Of a stretch of DNA of 64,000 nucleotides, positions 1-12,769 are shown piece after piece. The position numbers were made by a program, and so were the translations under genes. The DNA is from Eledone cirrhosa (Eukaryota), in contig OZ024744.1 of NCBI GenBank assembly GCA_964016885.1, forward strand, positions 59,644,001 to 59,708,000, read 5' to 3'. Within the stretch, counting starts at the first letter, position 1; each line of letters starts with the position of its first letter. The notes under the pieces are model-generated. The model made no database searches and had not been told where the DNA came from. It saw only the letters and a list, made by a program, of their open reading frames with translations.

Positions 1-520
1 ACCACTACGATGTTGGCGGGAGGGATGAAGAGAAAACACAAACTGGATACTTCTAAATTGTTAGCAGCAGCAAGATATAAGCTGACCACTACAACAACAA
101 CAGTACCAAAATAATGGTGGAGGTCAAATGTACTGAACAATAGCAGGCAAAAACACTACAGGGAGCCTCACCCCAGAAAGAATTCTATAGACTTCTGACT
201 GAGGAATGCTTTCAGAACTGAACAATGGGAAGTTTGACACTTTTTTTGTTATTTTGTTCCTTTAACACCTTGTCCCTTCTACCATTTTATCAATTTTTAA
301 GCTAACTCCAACAATAACAACACTTAGAATGAGGAATGTTCTAATAACTGACCAATGAGAGGAGAAGGGGACCTGTGACACGAAAATTCGTTTGTTTGAA
401 TTCATATGACTCCAGTTCCCCAGTGAATTAACAACCCAACAAGGAACTGGGTATATCAGAGTATTGACAATATCATACACCTAAACAACATATGTACTTG
501 TCTATACCATACTAATTCAA

Positions 521-575
521 ACTGCCTGAAGAGGTCACAGCCAAAGATGGCTGTCACTGAAATATATATAGCAGT
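521..575 (+). ncRNA. Type I hammerhead ribozyme motif
   Basis: actgc-CTGAAGA-ggtcacagcca(aaga)tggctgtcact-GAAA-tatatata-gcagt. Stem I actgc/gcagt, stem II with one mismatch, palindromic stem III, predicted cut after A570. Followed by AATAAA and (TA)n. Confidence 0.75.
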
Positions 576-619
576 AATAAACGAAGCTAAATTTTAATCA
601 TTTGACTTTTATTTAACTT

Positions 620-719
<100 letters not shown>

Positions 720-929
720 TGGTAGAACACTGGTTGATGGTTTTCTGACCGCCATCTCAGTTTGTTTGGCCTTTATAACCTATGTTTATTGCTCTGGTCT
801 CTTTTGGTCTATGGAGCGCTTGTCAGCATAACTCGAATATTGCGTTTTCGCTTTGTTTTCGACCATCGCCGAAATACGAATCTCGCTGAAATTATATTTA
901 TGTATATATATATATATATATATACAACA

Positions 930-1070
930 AAGGAAGTGTGGTAAGGATCTGGGTGGACCATAACGCACCATAGTACTCGATACTTTGGGTAGTAGAGTGG
1001 GTAATAGGAAAAGAGTCAGGACCCGACGGCAGAACTCAAGCCGTTTCGACGGGATTTCTGGACTGACTCT

Positions 1071-1116
<46 letters not shown>

Positions 1117-1642
1117 AGTATGTTTGATAATATACTGTATATTTATCTAAAAACATTTTGAAGACCATGTGCGAAGGGATATGTAATCTTGATAACCGTT
1201 ACCGAGCGAGAAACGGCCATCAGTTGCTTCCCGTTGCTTTTGCCGAAACTAATTAAGTGACATAGTCACCCAAGTAAGTGACATGGTCACAAATTTGAGA
1301 CTCATAACGAATAGTCTTCAAAATGTTTTTAGATAAACATACAGTATATTATCAAATATACTATACATACATTCACACATACATCGCTGTTTCAAGAAAT
1401 CTTGCGAAACAAATACAAAAACGGAGCATATATATATATATATATATCGAAGGACGTGTGGTAAGGAACCAGGTGGACCATAACGCACCAGAGTACTCAG
1501 TACTTAGGGTAGTAGAGTGAGTAATAGGAAAATGTCCAAGAGCCCGACGGCAGAGCTCAAGCCGTTTCGACGGCTATTTCAGGACTAGAAATAGCCGTCG
1601 AAATGGCTTGAGCTCTGCCGTCGGGGTCTTGAACATTTTCCT
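930..1642. repeat. Cluster of short TA-flanked non-autonomous modules; related copies at 38640-38690, 49676-49880 and 49990-50510
   Basis: aagga(a/c)gtgtggtaagga...ggaccataacg...gacggcagagctcaagccgtttcgac recurs at ~930, ~1450 and ~49676. The fold-back at 1110-1375 matches 50030-50220. Confidence 0.7.
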
Positions 1643-1864
1643 ATATATATATATATATATATATACAATATTTATAATAACATATTGCATGTTTCACTGT
1701 CGATCAGCTGGAGGAACAATCTATTATTGATTGAACCTGACACTCTGAAATCGATAGTGAAACATATGTAATGTTATTAAATATGTTATGATGCAACACT
1801 GATTCTTTGTTCCTTTATTCTTATATAATTAATACATCTGAAAATGTGTGTTGAAACCAAATTA

Positions 1865-1907
1865 GTCACTGAGGAGGTCACATAATGCGTGACGAAAGGT
1901 CATTGAC
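1865..1907 (+). ncRNA. Minimal type I hammerhead-like motif
   Basis: gtca-CTGAGGA-g-gtcac(ataatgc)gtgac-GAAA-ggtcat-tgac. Stem II is perfect but the stem III/cleavage region is imperfect. Confidence 0.55.
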
Positions 1908-2029
1908 AGTAAACAAATGAACAACCATCCCGTTATTAAACCAACCAACTGGAAGTTTATAACAAATTGATGTGAAAACAACTGGAGGGTGTGTTTATAT
2001 TGGCAGCTATACCCTCCCAAAGTATAACA

Positions 2030-2060
<31 letters not shown>

Positions 2061-2295
2061 TATACACATATATATATTCGATTTTTTTACCAGCATCATT
2101 ACGCTATTTCTTTATGACCATCGTTATCCGTTCGTTCTAGCTGTGGCACCAAGGGTCAGTCAACATGTTTCTTGGTTGTTGCCTTTTGTCAAGACTGTGT
2201 ACCTCTCTGCCACTCGTTTGAACTGTTGCAAATATATAGCACTTTCTAAAGTATACATCGGCTGATTAGCCTCATTTGCATACCAAGTGATTAGA

Positions 2296-2402
2296 TGGGG
2301 GTAGGGTTAGGGTTAGGGTTTTGGGTTAGGGTTAGGGTTGGGGTTCGTGTTGTGGTTAGGGTTAGGATTACGCTTCGGTTTGGGGTTGGGGTTAGGGTTA
2401 GA
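2296..2402 (+). repeat. Degenerate interstitial (TTAGGG)n-like tract
   Basis: Repeated ttaggg units mixed with ttgggg and other variants. Confidence 0.8.
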
Positions 2403-2405
2403 GTA

Positions 2406-2465
<60 letters not shown>

Positions 2466-2827
2466 TAGAGTCTCCAGTGCATTGGTTATGTTTTTCGCGA
2501 TTTTGCGTTCTGAGTGCAGCTACCTTGAGTTCCACTTTTCTTAACATCCTGATCAAAGACGTGAAGGCCGAAAGGGTGCCTGTATCTGCTGACGACTGAA
2601 TGGGCACCTAAAAAGCCTTAAAGTAAGCAGTGTATATACTGCAAAGTCATAGTCAATGGCGTGCGTTATTTATCGTAGTTTCTTATGTATATATATATAT
2701 ACATTTGTTCGCGTGTGTGTGTATGTTTTTGTGAGTGTTTGTATTTATGTTTGCTTGAATATTATACATATTACATACAAACAATCATGATGGCTACCCC
2801 TTCGTTATCGAGTATGGCCATTGCACG

Positions 2828-2906
<79 letters not shown>

Positions 2907-2964
2907 TATACATACACACATGCATATACAAACACATACACACACATACATATACACACATATA

Positions 2965-3680
2965 TTAACAATTAACGGTGCTGCGATCGAAAACCATCAC
3001 AAAGTATATTGCAAACAGGGTCTGTGCTGGAATATCCCCCTGTTTCACTCCATTTTTCACTGAGATAAGCTCTGGCATGTTACCTCTGACATTAATCCAA
3101 GCCTTCATGTCATCATGGAAAGACCTAACCAAAGCAAGGAACTTATCAGAGCAACCAAGTTTCTGGAGAACCTTCCACAATGAATTTCTGTTAACAGTAT
3201 CGAAAACTTTTGTCAGATCGACAAAAACCTGATACAGATCCGAACCCTGTTCCATGAACTCCTCCTGGAGTGTCTAACTGAGAAGATCATATCAGTAGTG
3301 CCGCGTCCAGCACGAAAACCAGATTAACTTTCAGGAAGAACAGAATCTATAATGTGTGTCAGCAGACGATCCAGAAGCACCCTACATAAAATCTTTCCTA
3401 CGATAGAAAGCAATGATATACCTCTGTAGTTTCCACAATAATTCTTGTTACCCTTTCCCTTGTACAAGATTACCATTACTGCATCTCGCCAGTCCTCAGG
3501 TACGGATTCATTAGCCCATATCCTGCCAAACAAAGAATGAAGATGTCGCAGAAGTCTCTCACCTCCTTATTGTAAGAACTCTGCATGTATGCCATCCATA
3601 CCTGGAGACCTTCCTCTGTTCAGCTTCGAGATAGCTACTGAAACCACCAGAAGCGTCGGTGGTTCTGCGAGAGCTACATA
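2965..3680 (-). pseudogene. RTE-clade LINE reverse transcriptase fragment
   Basis: Broken ORFs with PEDWRDAVMVILYKGKG..CGNYRGISLLS, FVDLTKVFDTVNR and [13 protein letters not shown]. Confidence 0.85.
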
Positions 3681-3699
3681 AAATCATACATACATACAT

Positions 3700-4130
3700 G
3701 ATGATGATGATGATTATGATGGCTGCTCCCTCGTTACCGAGTATGGCCATTGCACGGTATACCATTATTAATAATTATTAATTAATTCTACCGTGCAATG
3801 CCTGTGCGTGACGATATTTTTTAAAGTGAGGAAAGACTGTGTGACATTTTAGTCCAGCCAGCGACTTGAAAACTCTGGTACAAACACTACACTTGTGACA
3901 ATTATTGACACATAGTGCTGGGCCCATGGTACCATGTGACGACAAGTGCAGAGAGATCTCCAGATATAAAGCAATGCCTGTGCCGTGAAGCTTTTATAGT
4001 GAGCAAAGGCACTGCACAAAGCCAGTCCCACTCTCTTAATCAAGATGATATTTACCAAAAAGAAGAACAAGTCAACATCATTGGATACCATCAGGGTTGC
4101 AGGTGTTATATCAGAGTTTTCCTTCTCCTA
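3700..4130 (-). mobile_element. RTE-related 3' end fragments: tail module plus C-terminal zinc-finger region
   Basis: 3718-3845 is the reverse complement of 35185-35290 and ends in CAT repeats on the minus strand. 3848-4003 is nearly identical to 52826-52972. Confidence 0.6.
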
Positions 4131-4132
4131 GA

Positions 4133-4149
<17 letters not shown>

Positions 4150-4163
<14 letters not shown>

Positions 4164-5752
4164 GAAATATTACGTGATATTGACGAAGTAGGGGATGAAT
4201 ATTTACGATGGATTAAAACCCCAACATTTTGGCAAATCAAAGGTTTTTTATATGCCCTAGCAACGACAGTGAAGCATTATCTTGGTGTTAGCAGAGATAT
4301 TAACAAGAACAAAGCACCACCAAAAATACCACCATAAATAACTAAAATAGAAAAAAAGAAAAAAGCCATAGGATATGTGACAATGCTCCTTACATGCAAA
4401 CAAAAACAAAACAACTTCACTCCTCACCAAGAAAAAGTAAAAAATAAAATAGAAACGATGTTTGGTAACAGTAGAACCAGAACTCTCCAATATGAGCTGA
4501 TCACCCTCAAACAGGAATTGAGTGCTGTCAGCGAGAAACGTCGATACCAGAAGAAGGTAGATGAAAGAAAAGTGCTTAATAAAAGATTCAGACGAAACCA
4601 AACATCAGTCTATAGAGATATGAAGAACAAAATAATAAGTGTCACTGAGGCCCCATCCCAGAAAGACATAGATTCCTTTTGGAGCAAAATATGGGGTGAA
4701 AAGAAGAATTTCAACCAAGATGCAGTGTGGCTAAAAGAAATCCAAAAGAACTATTGCTCCTAAACTACAACAAAAACATACGAAATAAGTGAGGGTACCC
4801 TTGAGACTGTGATAGGAAAACTCCAAGATAAGAAAACACCAGGAAGAGACATGATTGTCGGCTACTGGTACAAAAAACTGATATTTTATCGGATGTATCT
4901 TATCGACCTCTACCAACAAGCTCTCAAGGGAGATACACTTATACCAGAATGGTTGACATTAGAACAAACAATACCAAGAACATTGACACCCATTTGGCAA
5001 AAAACCACCGACCCAATGCATGCCAGAAACTGATGTATAAGATTTATACAGCCTGCCTGGACCTATTCCTCCAAGATCACTGTGAAAATAATAACATCAT
5101 CACAGATGAACAAGCACCTGGAAAGAAAGGTATTTTGGGGCGTGCTGAACAACTCCTAATCAACAAAACTGCGATGTCAGAGGTGCGACAACTTAGGAAG
5201 AATATGGCTCAGTCTGGCTGGACTACAGGAAAGCTTTTGATTCTGTTCCCCACTCTTGGACGATAGAAGCTCTCTGACTTGCTAAAGTCCCAGACATTAT
5301 TATCAGAGCCATAGAGAAGCTGTCTTCTTCTTGGGCTACTATCCTAAAGTTAAAAACAGAGAAGGAGGACTCTATTTTCACTGATAAAATAAAATATCGC
5401 AAGGGTATATTTCAGGGAGACAGTCTCTCTGTGATACTATTTAGCCTGTCATTAAATCCCTTGTCCTTTCTGCTCAAGAAATGTGAAGGATACATCATTG
5501 GCTCACAGGAGGACAGTAATATTAACTTAACCCATAATTTCTTTGTGGATGATCTGGAATTCTATGCCAAGAACGTAGATGGGATGAAGAAAAATCTTGA
5601 CCTGGTTACATTCTCAAAGGATATAGGAATGGAGTTTGGCCAAGATAAATGCTCATACATGACTGTAAAGCGGGGAAAATCTACAACCCAGTCTAGCATC
5701 ATTTGACTCTCTCTCTATTGGTAAAACTTTGTGAAATTATAAAACCAGAAGA
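4150..5752 (+). mobile_element. 5'-truncated, internally deleted R4/Dong-like non-LTR retrotransposon
   Basis: Frameshifted RT with KTPGRDMIVGYWYKK, GIFQGDSLS and HNFFVDDL, colinear with the 53716 element. (TACA)n on both flanks. Confidence 0.85.
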
Positions 5753-6269
5753 ACATACATACATACATACTCACACTCTGAAATGTAAAAACAAAGGACA
5801 TTTCGATTTAGTTCATATTGGCTGAAAGCAACGTGCTTTTTTAATAAATGAGTGGATGTACCCGATTGAACCGTCTTCATTGCTGTACTTCATTACAATG
5901 TTTGAACTGTGAACATTCTGATTGTCTGCAACTTTGCAATCTTCTACTCATATTTTCGACTTGAGGCAGGTGGTTGAATTTGATGGATTCACAATCATAA
6001 GGTTGTGGGTTCAAATCTTGAACCAGGAAGTGTTTCGTGTTCTTGCTCTTTCTTACCAAACGTTGCAACCAGCAGATAGTATTAGCAATGTAAAGACCAA
6101 TGGAAACATTGTTTCCCTGGTCCATCTGATTATTGGTTCCTTTTCCCTTTTTCAACCAAAACTGCAGCTTAAAACTTTTTTTATATAACCTTAGTCTTCC
6201 TGCAGTAGCAACAATAAGATAAAGTTACTACATATATCATGGAAACTCTGTATGTGTGTGTATGTGATA

Positions 6270-6586
6270 GACCTTCGTTAATTCCGCAGCATACGTGTGT
6301 TCTAGTTGATTCAATTACTGGAGCAGCCTATTCGAGACGTTAACCGGAAAATGCCTTAGCATTCAACAGATACGTACATCTTTAACAATTCTCAGGTAAA
6401 ATCCATCGGGCGACCGTGTATCAAGTATCACTTCTTGAAATACAAACAGCTACAACTCAGTTTTCTAGTTGAATAGACTTAAGGAACATGAAATAAAGTA
6501 TCTTGTTCTAGGTGACAACGCGACACAAAGAGTCAAATCTACGGCTTTACGTCCGTGGATCGAACGCCCAAACCACTAAGCCACTT
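6270..6586 (-). mobile_element. Old tRNA-derived SINE; related copies at 32810-33085 (+) and 32228-32320 (-)
   Basis: Minus strand starts gtggcttagtggtt (A-box-like) and shares the actttatttcatgtt...aaa(a/c)tgagttgta core with 32810-33085. Confidence 0.55.
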
Positions 6587-6827
6587 AACTTCTCAAACCG
6601 TCATAATCATCACTAGGGTCTATAAGATGAGGTCTATAAGATACGCGAAAGAGGAGGAGTCTGAGAATATTCTGAAGCCACATATCTGAAAAGAAATCTC
6701 CCAGTCCGTTTGAAGTTTATAACGAGTTCCTTCACGAGCAGAGTCTCATGTCACTCTGTCAAATTCCTTTCGGTGACCTCTGTACTGCTCATTCTCTCCA
6801 GTCATAAGTTACACTCAGAACCATTAA

Positions 6828-7047
6828 CCCTTTAGCATTTCAACCGGCCGTATCCGGCCAAAATTTTCTCAAATCTTTCTGTTTAAACCGGCTGTAACTG
6901 GCCGCTCATACCGACATTAAGGTATTGTTCTCAAAATAAATAATATCAAAATCTCATAGATTCAATGTTATGTGAGATAATTATGTAAGATAAAGCCTTT
7001 ACCACAAAAATACTATAGTAAATATAGAGTAATCTAAATGCAAAGGG
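6828..7047. mobile_element. piggyBac-like MITE
   Basis: TTAA-ccctttagcattt...aaatgcaaaggg-TTAA: terminal inverted repeats with TTAA on both sides. Confidence 0.75.
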
Positions 7048-7290
7048 TTAAAGTTGATACAAATAGCAAGCCTCACAAACCCCGTCACATACACACACAT
7101 ACATACAGACACATACACACAGTCACACACACATCACACACACATACACACACACCACGCACATACACACACATATACACACACACATCACACACATCAC
7201 ACACATATATATACACACACACCACACACACACCACACACACAAATACACACACACCACACACCACAAACACACGCACACACAAACACAC

Positions 7291-7340
<50 letters not shown>

Positions 7341-8288
7341 ACGCTGATTAATCACGTGTTGTCATGCTGGCGGTTAGGTGGGTAGTTTTCTAACTGGTGC
7401 TCTTAACGTTAACAGATAACTGCGTGTGAATTGACAGTACTGTACTGCTACTGCGCCGGATAGAACAATAAGGCTATCTTGCAAGGCTTGATCAAAATGG
7501 TGTGGTACGCTGCAGCAGAGAAGAGGGCGCGCAAAAAGGAGCGCAGCAGTACCAACAAACCAATAAAGACTCACGGATGTAACCTCTACAACGGAAGGTG
7601 TCGTTCCAACAATGGTCATTACAGCCACAGTAGACCAACTGACCAATAAACAGATATAGTTGTAACCTCTATAGCAAAGACTCACTTTCGCACTGGACAT
7701 TACAGCCACAACAGTACCAACTGCCAGATGAATACATATAGATATTACCTCTACCACAAAAACTGTCACTCCAGTATTGGTCAACACAGCCACAAACGGT
7801 GCTGTTCCTAAAGAAAACACACTAATGCAAAGATGTAACGCATGGTCAGGTCTTAGGTATGACAGAGAACTACGATCGTTTAACTTATGACAAGGGATTA
7901 CCTTGTTCTGATTTGAAAATGTTACAAATGAAATCATCTCCAGTGTCGAGAAGGAGACAAGTTATCGGACTCTCTGTTCAGCAATCTTGGTATTCTTACG
8001 GGATTTGTACCATTTCAGATAAACATGAAATGCCCTGCCTCCTTCCCCTGTATATCCACGATAATCCAGTTCATAGAGAACGCGTTCAATTATGCGGTCC
8101 CTTAATTTTGAAACGTATTTTGATTTGAATGTGTTTATTTGACGTTTATACTTCAATTTGAAGATGTTTGTGGTGAATCCTTTATAATTCCTCTGGTTAC
8201 CACTTACAGGTGTTATGCTTGTTATATATATCACCGCCTTGGAGAGGCAAGATCCACGATATGTGTGTGTGTATAGATATGCATTTTC

Positions 8289-8373
<85 letters not shown>

Positions 8374-8385
8374 TATATATGTGTG

Positions 8386-8448
<63 letters not shown>

Positions 8449-8481
8449 AAAGATCAAAAGATGGTTAAAAGAGTTCCATGT

Positions 8482-8550
8482 ATTTTATTATGCACATTTC
8501 AAAAACAAATATCATCATGGGATGATATTTGCGTTCTCATCAGATAAAAT
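8482..8550 (-). ncRNA. Type I hammerhead ribozyme motif
   Basis: Minus strand attttat-CTGATGA-gaacgcaaatatcatc(ccat)gatgatatttgttttt-GAAA-tgtgcata-ataaaat. Perfect 7-bp stem I, AUA cleavage triplet. Confidence 0.8.
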
Positions 8551-8967
8551 AGGGAGACATGATATGAAGCTTAAAAAACACTTGTGAGCAGTGAAGTGTT
8601 AAATCTACATATATATTTGCTTGTTAAATCTATATACATATATACTTGTTCCGCTCATATTTACAGTTCTGGTATCTCAAATTAGTACCGTGGAACAACC
8701 ACTATTGTAGACACCATATATATTTCCGTGGGTACTTAGTACCTACTGGGATATCCATATCATTTATCTAATTCTCCTTAATGTAGAGAAAAAAAATGTT
8801 GTATCATGCTGCTATTTCTAGTAACATGAAATATCAACTAGTCTATTAGTCCCGCCCTTTCTAACGGCCCATTTGTGTGGTGGTCATTTTAACGGCTTGA
8901 TTCATTCACCGGGCAGAAAGCGACATATCCACATCTACGTGGATTTATAGCTAGTAGGTTTGGAAAA

Positions 8968-9047
8968 GCTAGCTGAAGAGCTATACCTTTCCATTGGAAA
9001 TTCTATGAATTTCCAATCTTTTGATAAGCGAAACCGTCGGTCATGGC
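8968..9047 (+). ncRNA. Type I hammerhead ribozyme motif with canonical GUC site
   Basis: gctag-CTGAAGA-gct...attggaaatt(ctatg)aatttccaat...agc-GAAA-ccg-t-cgg-TC-atggc. Predicted cut after C9042. Confidence 0.8.
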
Positions 9048-9117
9048 ACTAGAAGAGGTAAATATTTAAATCGTATTTTAATTTATTTAAAAGATTGTTT
9101 AATGTTTACTTGTTCCG

Positions 9118-9264
<147 letters not shown>

Positions 9265-9286
9265 ATACATGCATCTATCTATCTAA

Positions 9287-11683
9287 CTAGGACGGGTAAA
9301 ATTCCCGAGATCCATGGACGAGTTCTCTCCAGCGGTCTCTGACCCTCATTATCGCTGCAATGCCCTGCGTCTCCAACAGACCAGTATCTGTACTTAGGGC
9401 AGCAACATACGTTGACCTTGGTCTTCCCCTTCCAGTGTGTCCATGCTGTGGATCCCACAGGAGCACTGAGTGCAGTGTCAACTCTGGATGTTGGTGAACA
9501 TGTCCAGCTAACCTCAGTCTCCTCTGTGTCACTTTTGAGCTGACTTTTGGGAGGCTCCCGTACAGCTCTGAGTTCTTCATCTTCAGTGTATACTGATTAA
9601 TGTTCAGAGCCATCCTCAGCATTCTCGTGTAGCACCCATCCACCATCCGAGTGAGTTTCCTGGTCAGTGTCCAAGTCTCATACCCGTACAGCAGCACAGA
9701 CTCCACTACATCAACGAAGAGGCGGATCTTCAGGTCTTTACGAAGGTCCGACATCCACACCGATCTCAAGCTGTGGCACGCCGCCCAGGCTTTGCTCTTC
9801 CTCTCGACCACATCATCTTCCGTATTCCCAATCTTTGCTCCCAAATACAGGAAGTCCTCAACCAATTCTAGCAGTTTCTCGCCTACATTAGTAATCTTCT
9901 CTGCCTTCTTAATATTCTCTACCAGATATTTTGTCTTAATCTCATTCATTCTCAGCCCCATACTCATCGACACAGTCTCCACATCCTGCATCAAATCCTC
10001 TGCCTCCTTCACTGTGTTTATCCCAAAATCTATGTCGTCTGTAAATTCAGCATCCGATATCTTTTTTGCCTTAACTCTCCTGCTCTGAGCCGGTGTTACA
10101 GTAAAGCCGGAGTCCTGGTGTTTCTCCAGTGCAAGGCGCATACAATAGCCCACTACGATGATAAAAAGGTAGGGAGCCAATGTATCTCCCTGGAGCACTC
10201 CAGCCAGTATCTCAAAGAACTCTGTCATCCCATCAGGTGTAATGACTTGGGCTTTGGTGTTGGTGTAGAGCAGTGATATCAGGTCCACTATCTTCTTGGG
10301 GATTCCATAAACCTGTAAGATCTTCATCAGGCAGTGACGGTCCACAGAATCAAAGGCCTTCCTAAAGTCAATGAAAACCATGACCGCAGGAAGGCACTTT
10401 GCTCTAGCTCCTTCTAATATCCTCCTCAGCATCAGGATCTGACTGGTGGTTGATCTACCTTCTCTGAAGCCGTTATGGTTGACCCTGAGCTTCTTCTCCA
10501 TCTCGGGCTGGATCCTGTTAAGAATCATCCTGTTGAGGGTCTTTGCCACAAATGACGTCAGTGAGATCCCTCTGTAGTTGATGGTGTTAGAGAGATCTCC
10601 CTTCTTTGGCACTGGGACGATGTTACTGATCCTCCACTGATTCGGGGCAATTCATTTTTGCAGGATGATATCATCAAAATCCCACCTCTTCATCACTCCA
10701 TCTTCTCCATGAACCTTGATCGTATTGGCTCTCTGAAGCTCCTCTCTGGTAAAGGGCCCTGTCTCAATATCCAGTTCCTCAAACAGCCGCCTGATCTCCC
10801 CAGTGTTCTGGGTTGTGGAGGGCGGCTCTCCTAGTAGGCTCCTAAATGGTCCAGCCATTTCCCCTTCCTATCCTCGGGCCCTGTCCCTGGATCTCCCAAA
10901 CACCTTCTCTTCCTCCCTGTGATCTCGTTGATGATCATCCAGCTCTCCTTACATCCAGACACGCCAACCGCTCTCTCCACACTTCTGATCTTCTCTATCG
11001 TGCCTGCACTCTGGCCTCGGTGTAAGCGGTACAGAGTTCTTCCCTCATCCCCTCCACAGTCTCCATCCTCTCCTCCGTAGGATCAGCATAGAGTTGGTCC
11101 TTGGCAGCTTTCAGCTGTTCTCTGGCTGCACACACTTTTGGGATTGCAGAGCTGACGTGCTTCCTTTTGTTCTTTCTCCTCGGCACCAGGGTCTCACTTG
11201 CTTCCGTCACTGAATTGGTGAAGTACCCGTACCTCCTCGTCACACTCTCCTCAGTCCCTTCAATCTCTCTTTCCTCTGTTTCTCCACACAGAGCACTGAA
11301 CCTGTTCCTCACTTCTACTGTGAACCTCTCCTGTAGCTTATCATCTTCCTTGAAAGCTCCCCAGTCATAGATTGCTATCCGGGGATGAGCCTTGCTCTTT
11401 CTTAAGCTCACCCGGACCTCACTCATAACAAGCTGTATGGTTGTATGGTTCTGTGTTCAGAACACTATTCCGCCACTTTTTCCTCACCAGAATGAAATCA
11501 ATCTGGGACTTGGACAGGTGCATATCTGAGATGTAGGTCCACATCTTCCCCGGATTCTTCCTAAACCTTAGATTGGTTGCTATCAAGTTTGCCTCCAGCA
11601 GGGTGTCTCTCAGTAGTCTTCCATTTCGGTTGGTGTTGTTATGGAAGTACCAGCAAGGATCTTCACCGCTCTCCTTACTAAGA

Positions 11684-11688
<5 letters not shown>
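9287..11688 (-). mobile_element. 5'-truncated RTE-clade LINE with a 441-aa open RT-to-C-terminus segment
   Basis: NYRGISLTS, FIDFRKAFDSV, GVLQGDTLAPYLF, degenerate FTDD, LLYGYETWTL, GRGRP. Upstream endonuclease remnant SQIDFILV. (TAGA) tail. Confidence 0.9.
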
Positions 11689-11768
<80 letters not shown>

Positions 11769-12031
11769 GTGTGTGTGTGTGTATACACATGCATGCATTC
11801 ACACATCCATTCATTATCCAACCATCCATCAATACATATATACATATACAGTAACTATTTATCTCTCAGTGGGGACACATTTGTCGTTTTGCCTTAGTTA
11901 TATCGCTCTTCTTCCTCCGCCTCCTGCTCTCTCTAGCTATCTATCTCTCTATCTTTACTTATTTATCTGTCTATTTCTTTCATAGAGTCCCCCCCTCTCT
12001 CTTTCTTATCTCCCTTTATCATTTCCTTTCT

Positions 12032-12104
<73 letters not shown>

Positions 12105-12769
12105 TCTCTCTCTCTCTCTCTCTCAAGTCTTTGCTTTTCTAGTGATAACATCATCAAAAGTTATTTATGTTGCGTGAACAGAAGTCCCCTCGCCATATTT
12201 ACTTTATTTATTTTTTTGTTAATTTACGTTTCATTTTTTTTTTTCCTCTATATATATTTTCTCCCTCCTACCAAAGTTGTTTATATACTTTTCCCTGCCA
12301 ATATGATAAAATCATTTCATGAAATCATAAATATGACTATTCTATTTTCATGGACAAATGTTCTGCTCACCCACTCCACTCTGACATGTAACATACACAC
12401 GCGTGCATGTATGTGTATTCAGATAATTGAATATGTGTGTGTGAGTATACTGAGGTAATTGAAGAGTTATAATAACTAAATATAGCTAGCCTTATTCCAT
12501 ATATTTTTATAAGCACTATTAAGTTATACTTTCTAAATACTAGTCATCTCTTACATTATAATCCTATATCATTTCTAATATGATATCTAATTATTTGCTT
12601 TTCGTTTTATTAAATATATCTTATTAGGTCAATATTGTATAGGCAATTTGACTCTTAACTTCCAGCCTCTCACGTTATATCTTTCTTTCTTTTTTATTTT
12701 CACTGAAGATGGTATTAGACGCTGTAGTCTTTTAAAACACAGTGTTTCTGTCATAAATCATAGAGTGTA

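Noticed and set aside
2296-2402. True chromosome end
   Set aside because: Short, degenerate and internal, with ordinary sequence on both sides.
7374-7937. 187-aa minus-strand ORF
   Set aside because: No recognisable motif. It is the antisense of an A/C-rich degenerate repeat and has no splice or homology support.
8210-8547. Many ORFs rich in YIYI, HTHT, CVCV, ERER or LSLS across the window
   Set aside because: Translations of (TA)n, (CA)n and (GA)n microsatellites, not genes.
9287-10612. Domesticated RT gene
   Set aside because: Upstream frameshifts, 5' truncation, degenerate catalytic motif (FTDD) and a repeat tail all fit a dead RTE copy.
12701-12745. Hammerhead at cactgaagatgg; similar partial hits at 198, 32343 and 36919
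   Set aside because: GAAA or the stems are missing or too decayed to support a call.
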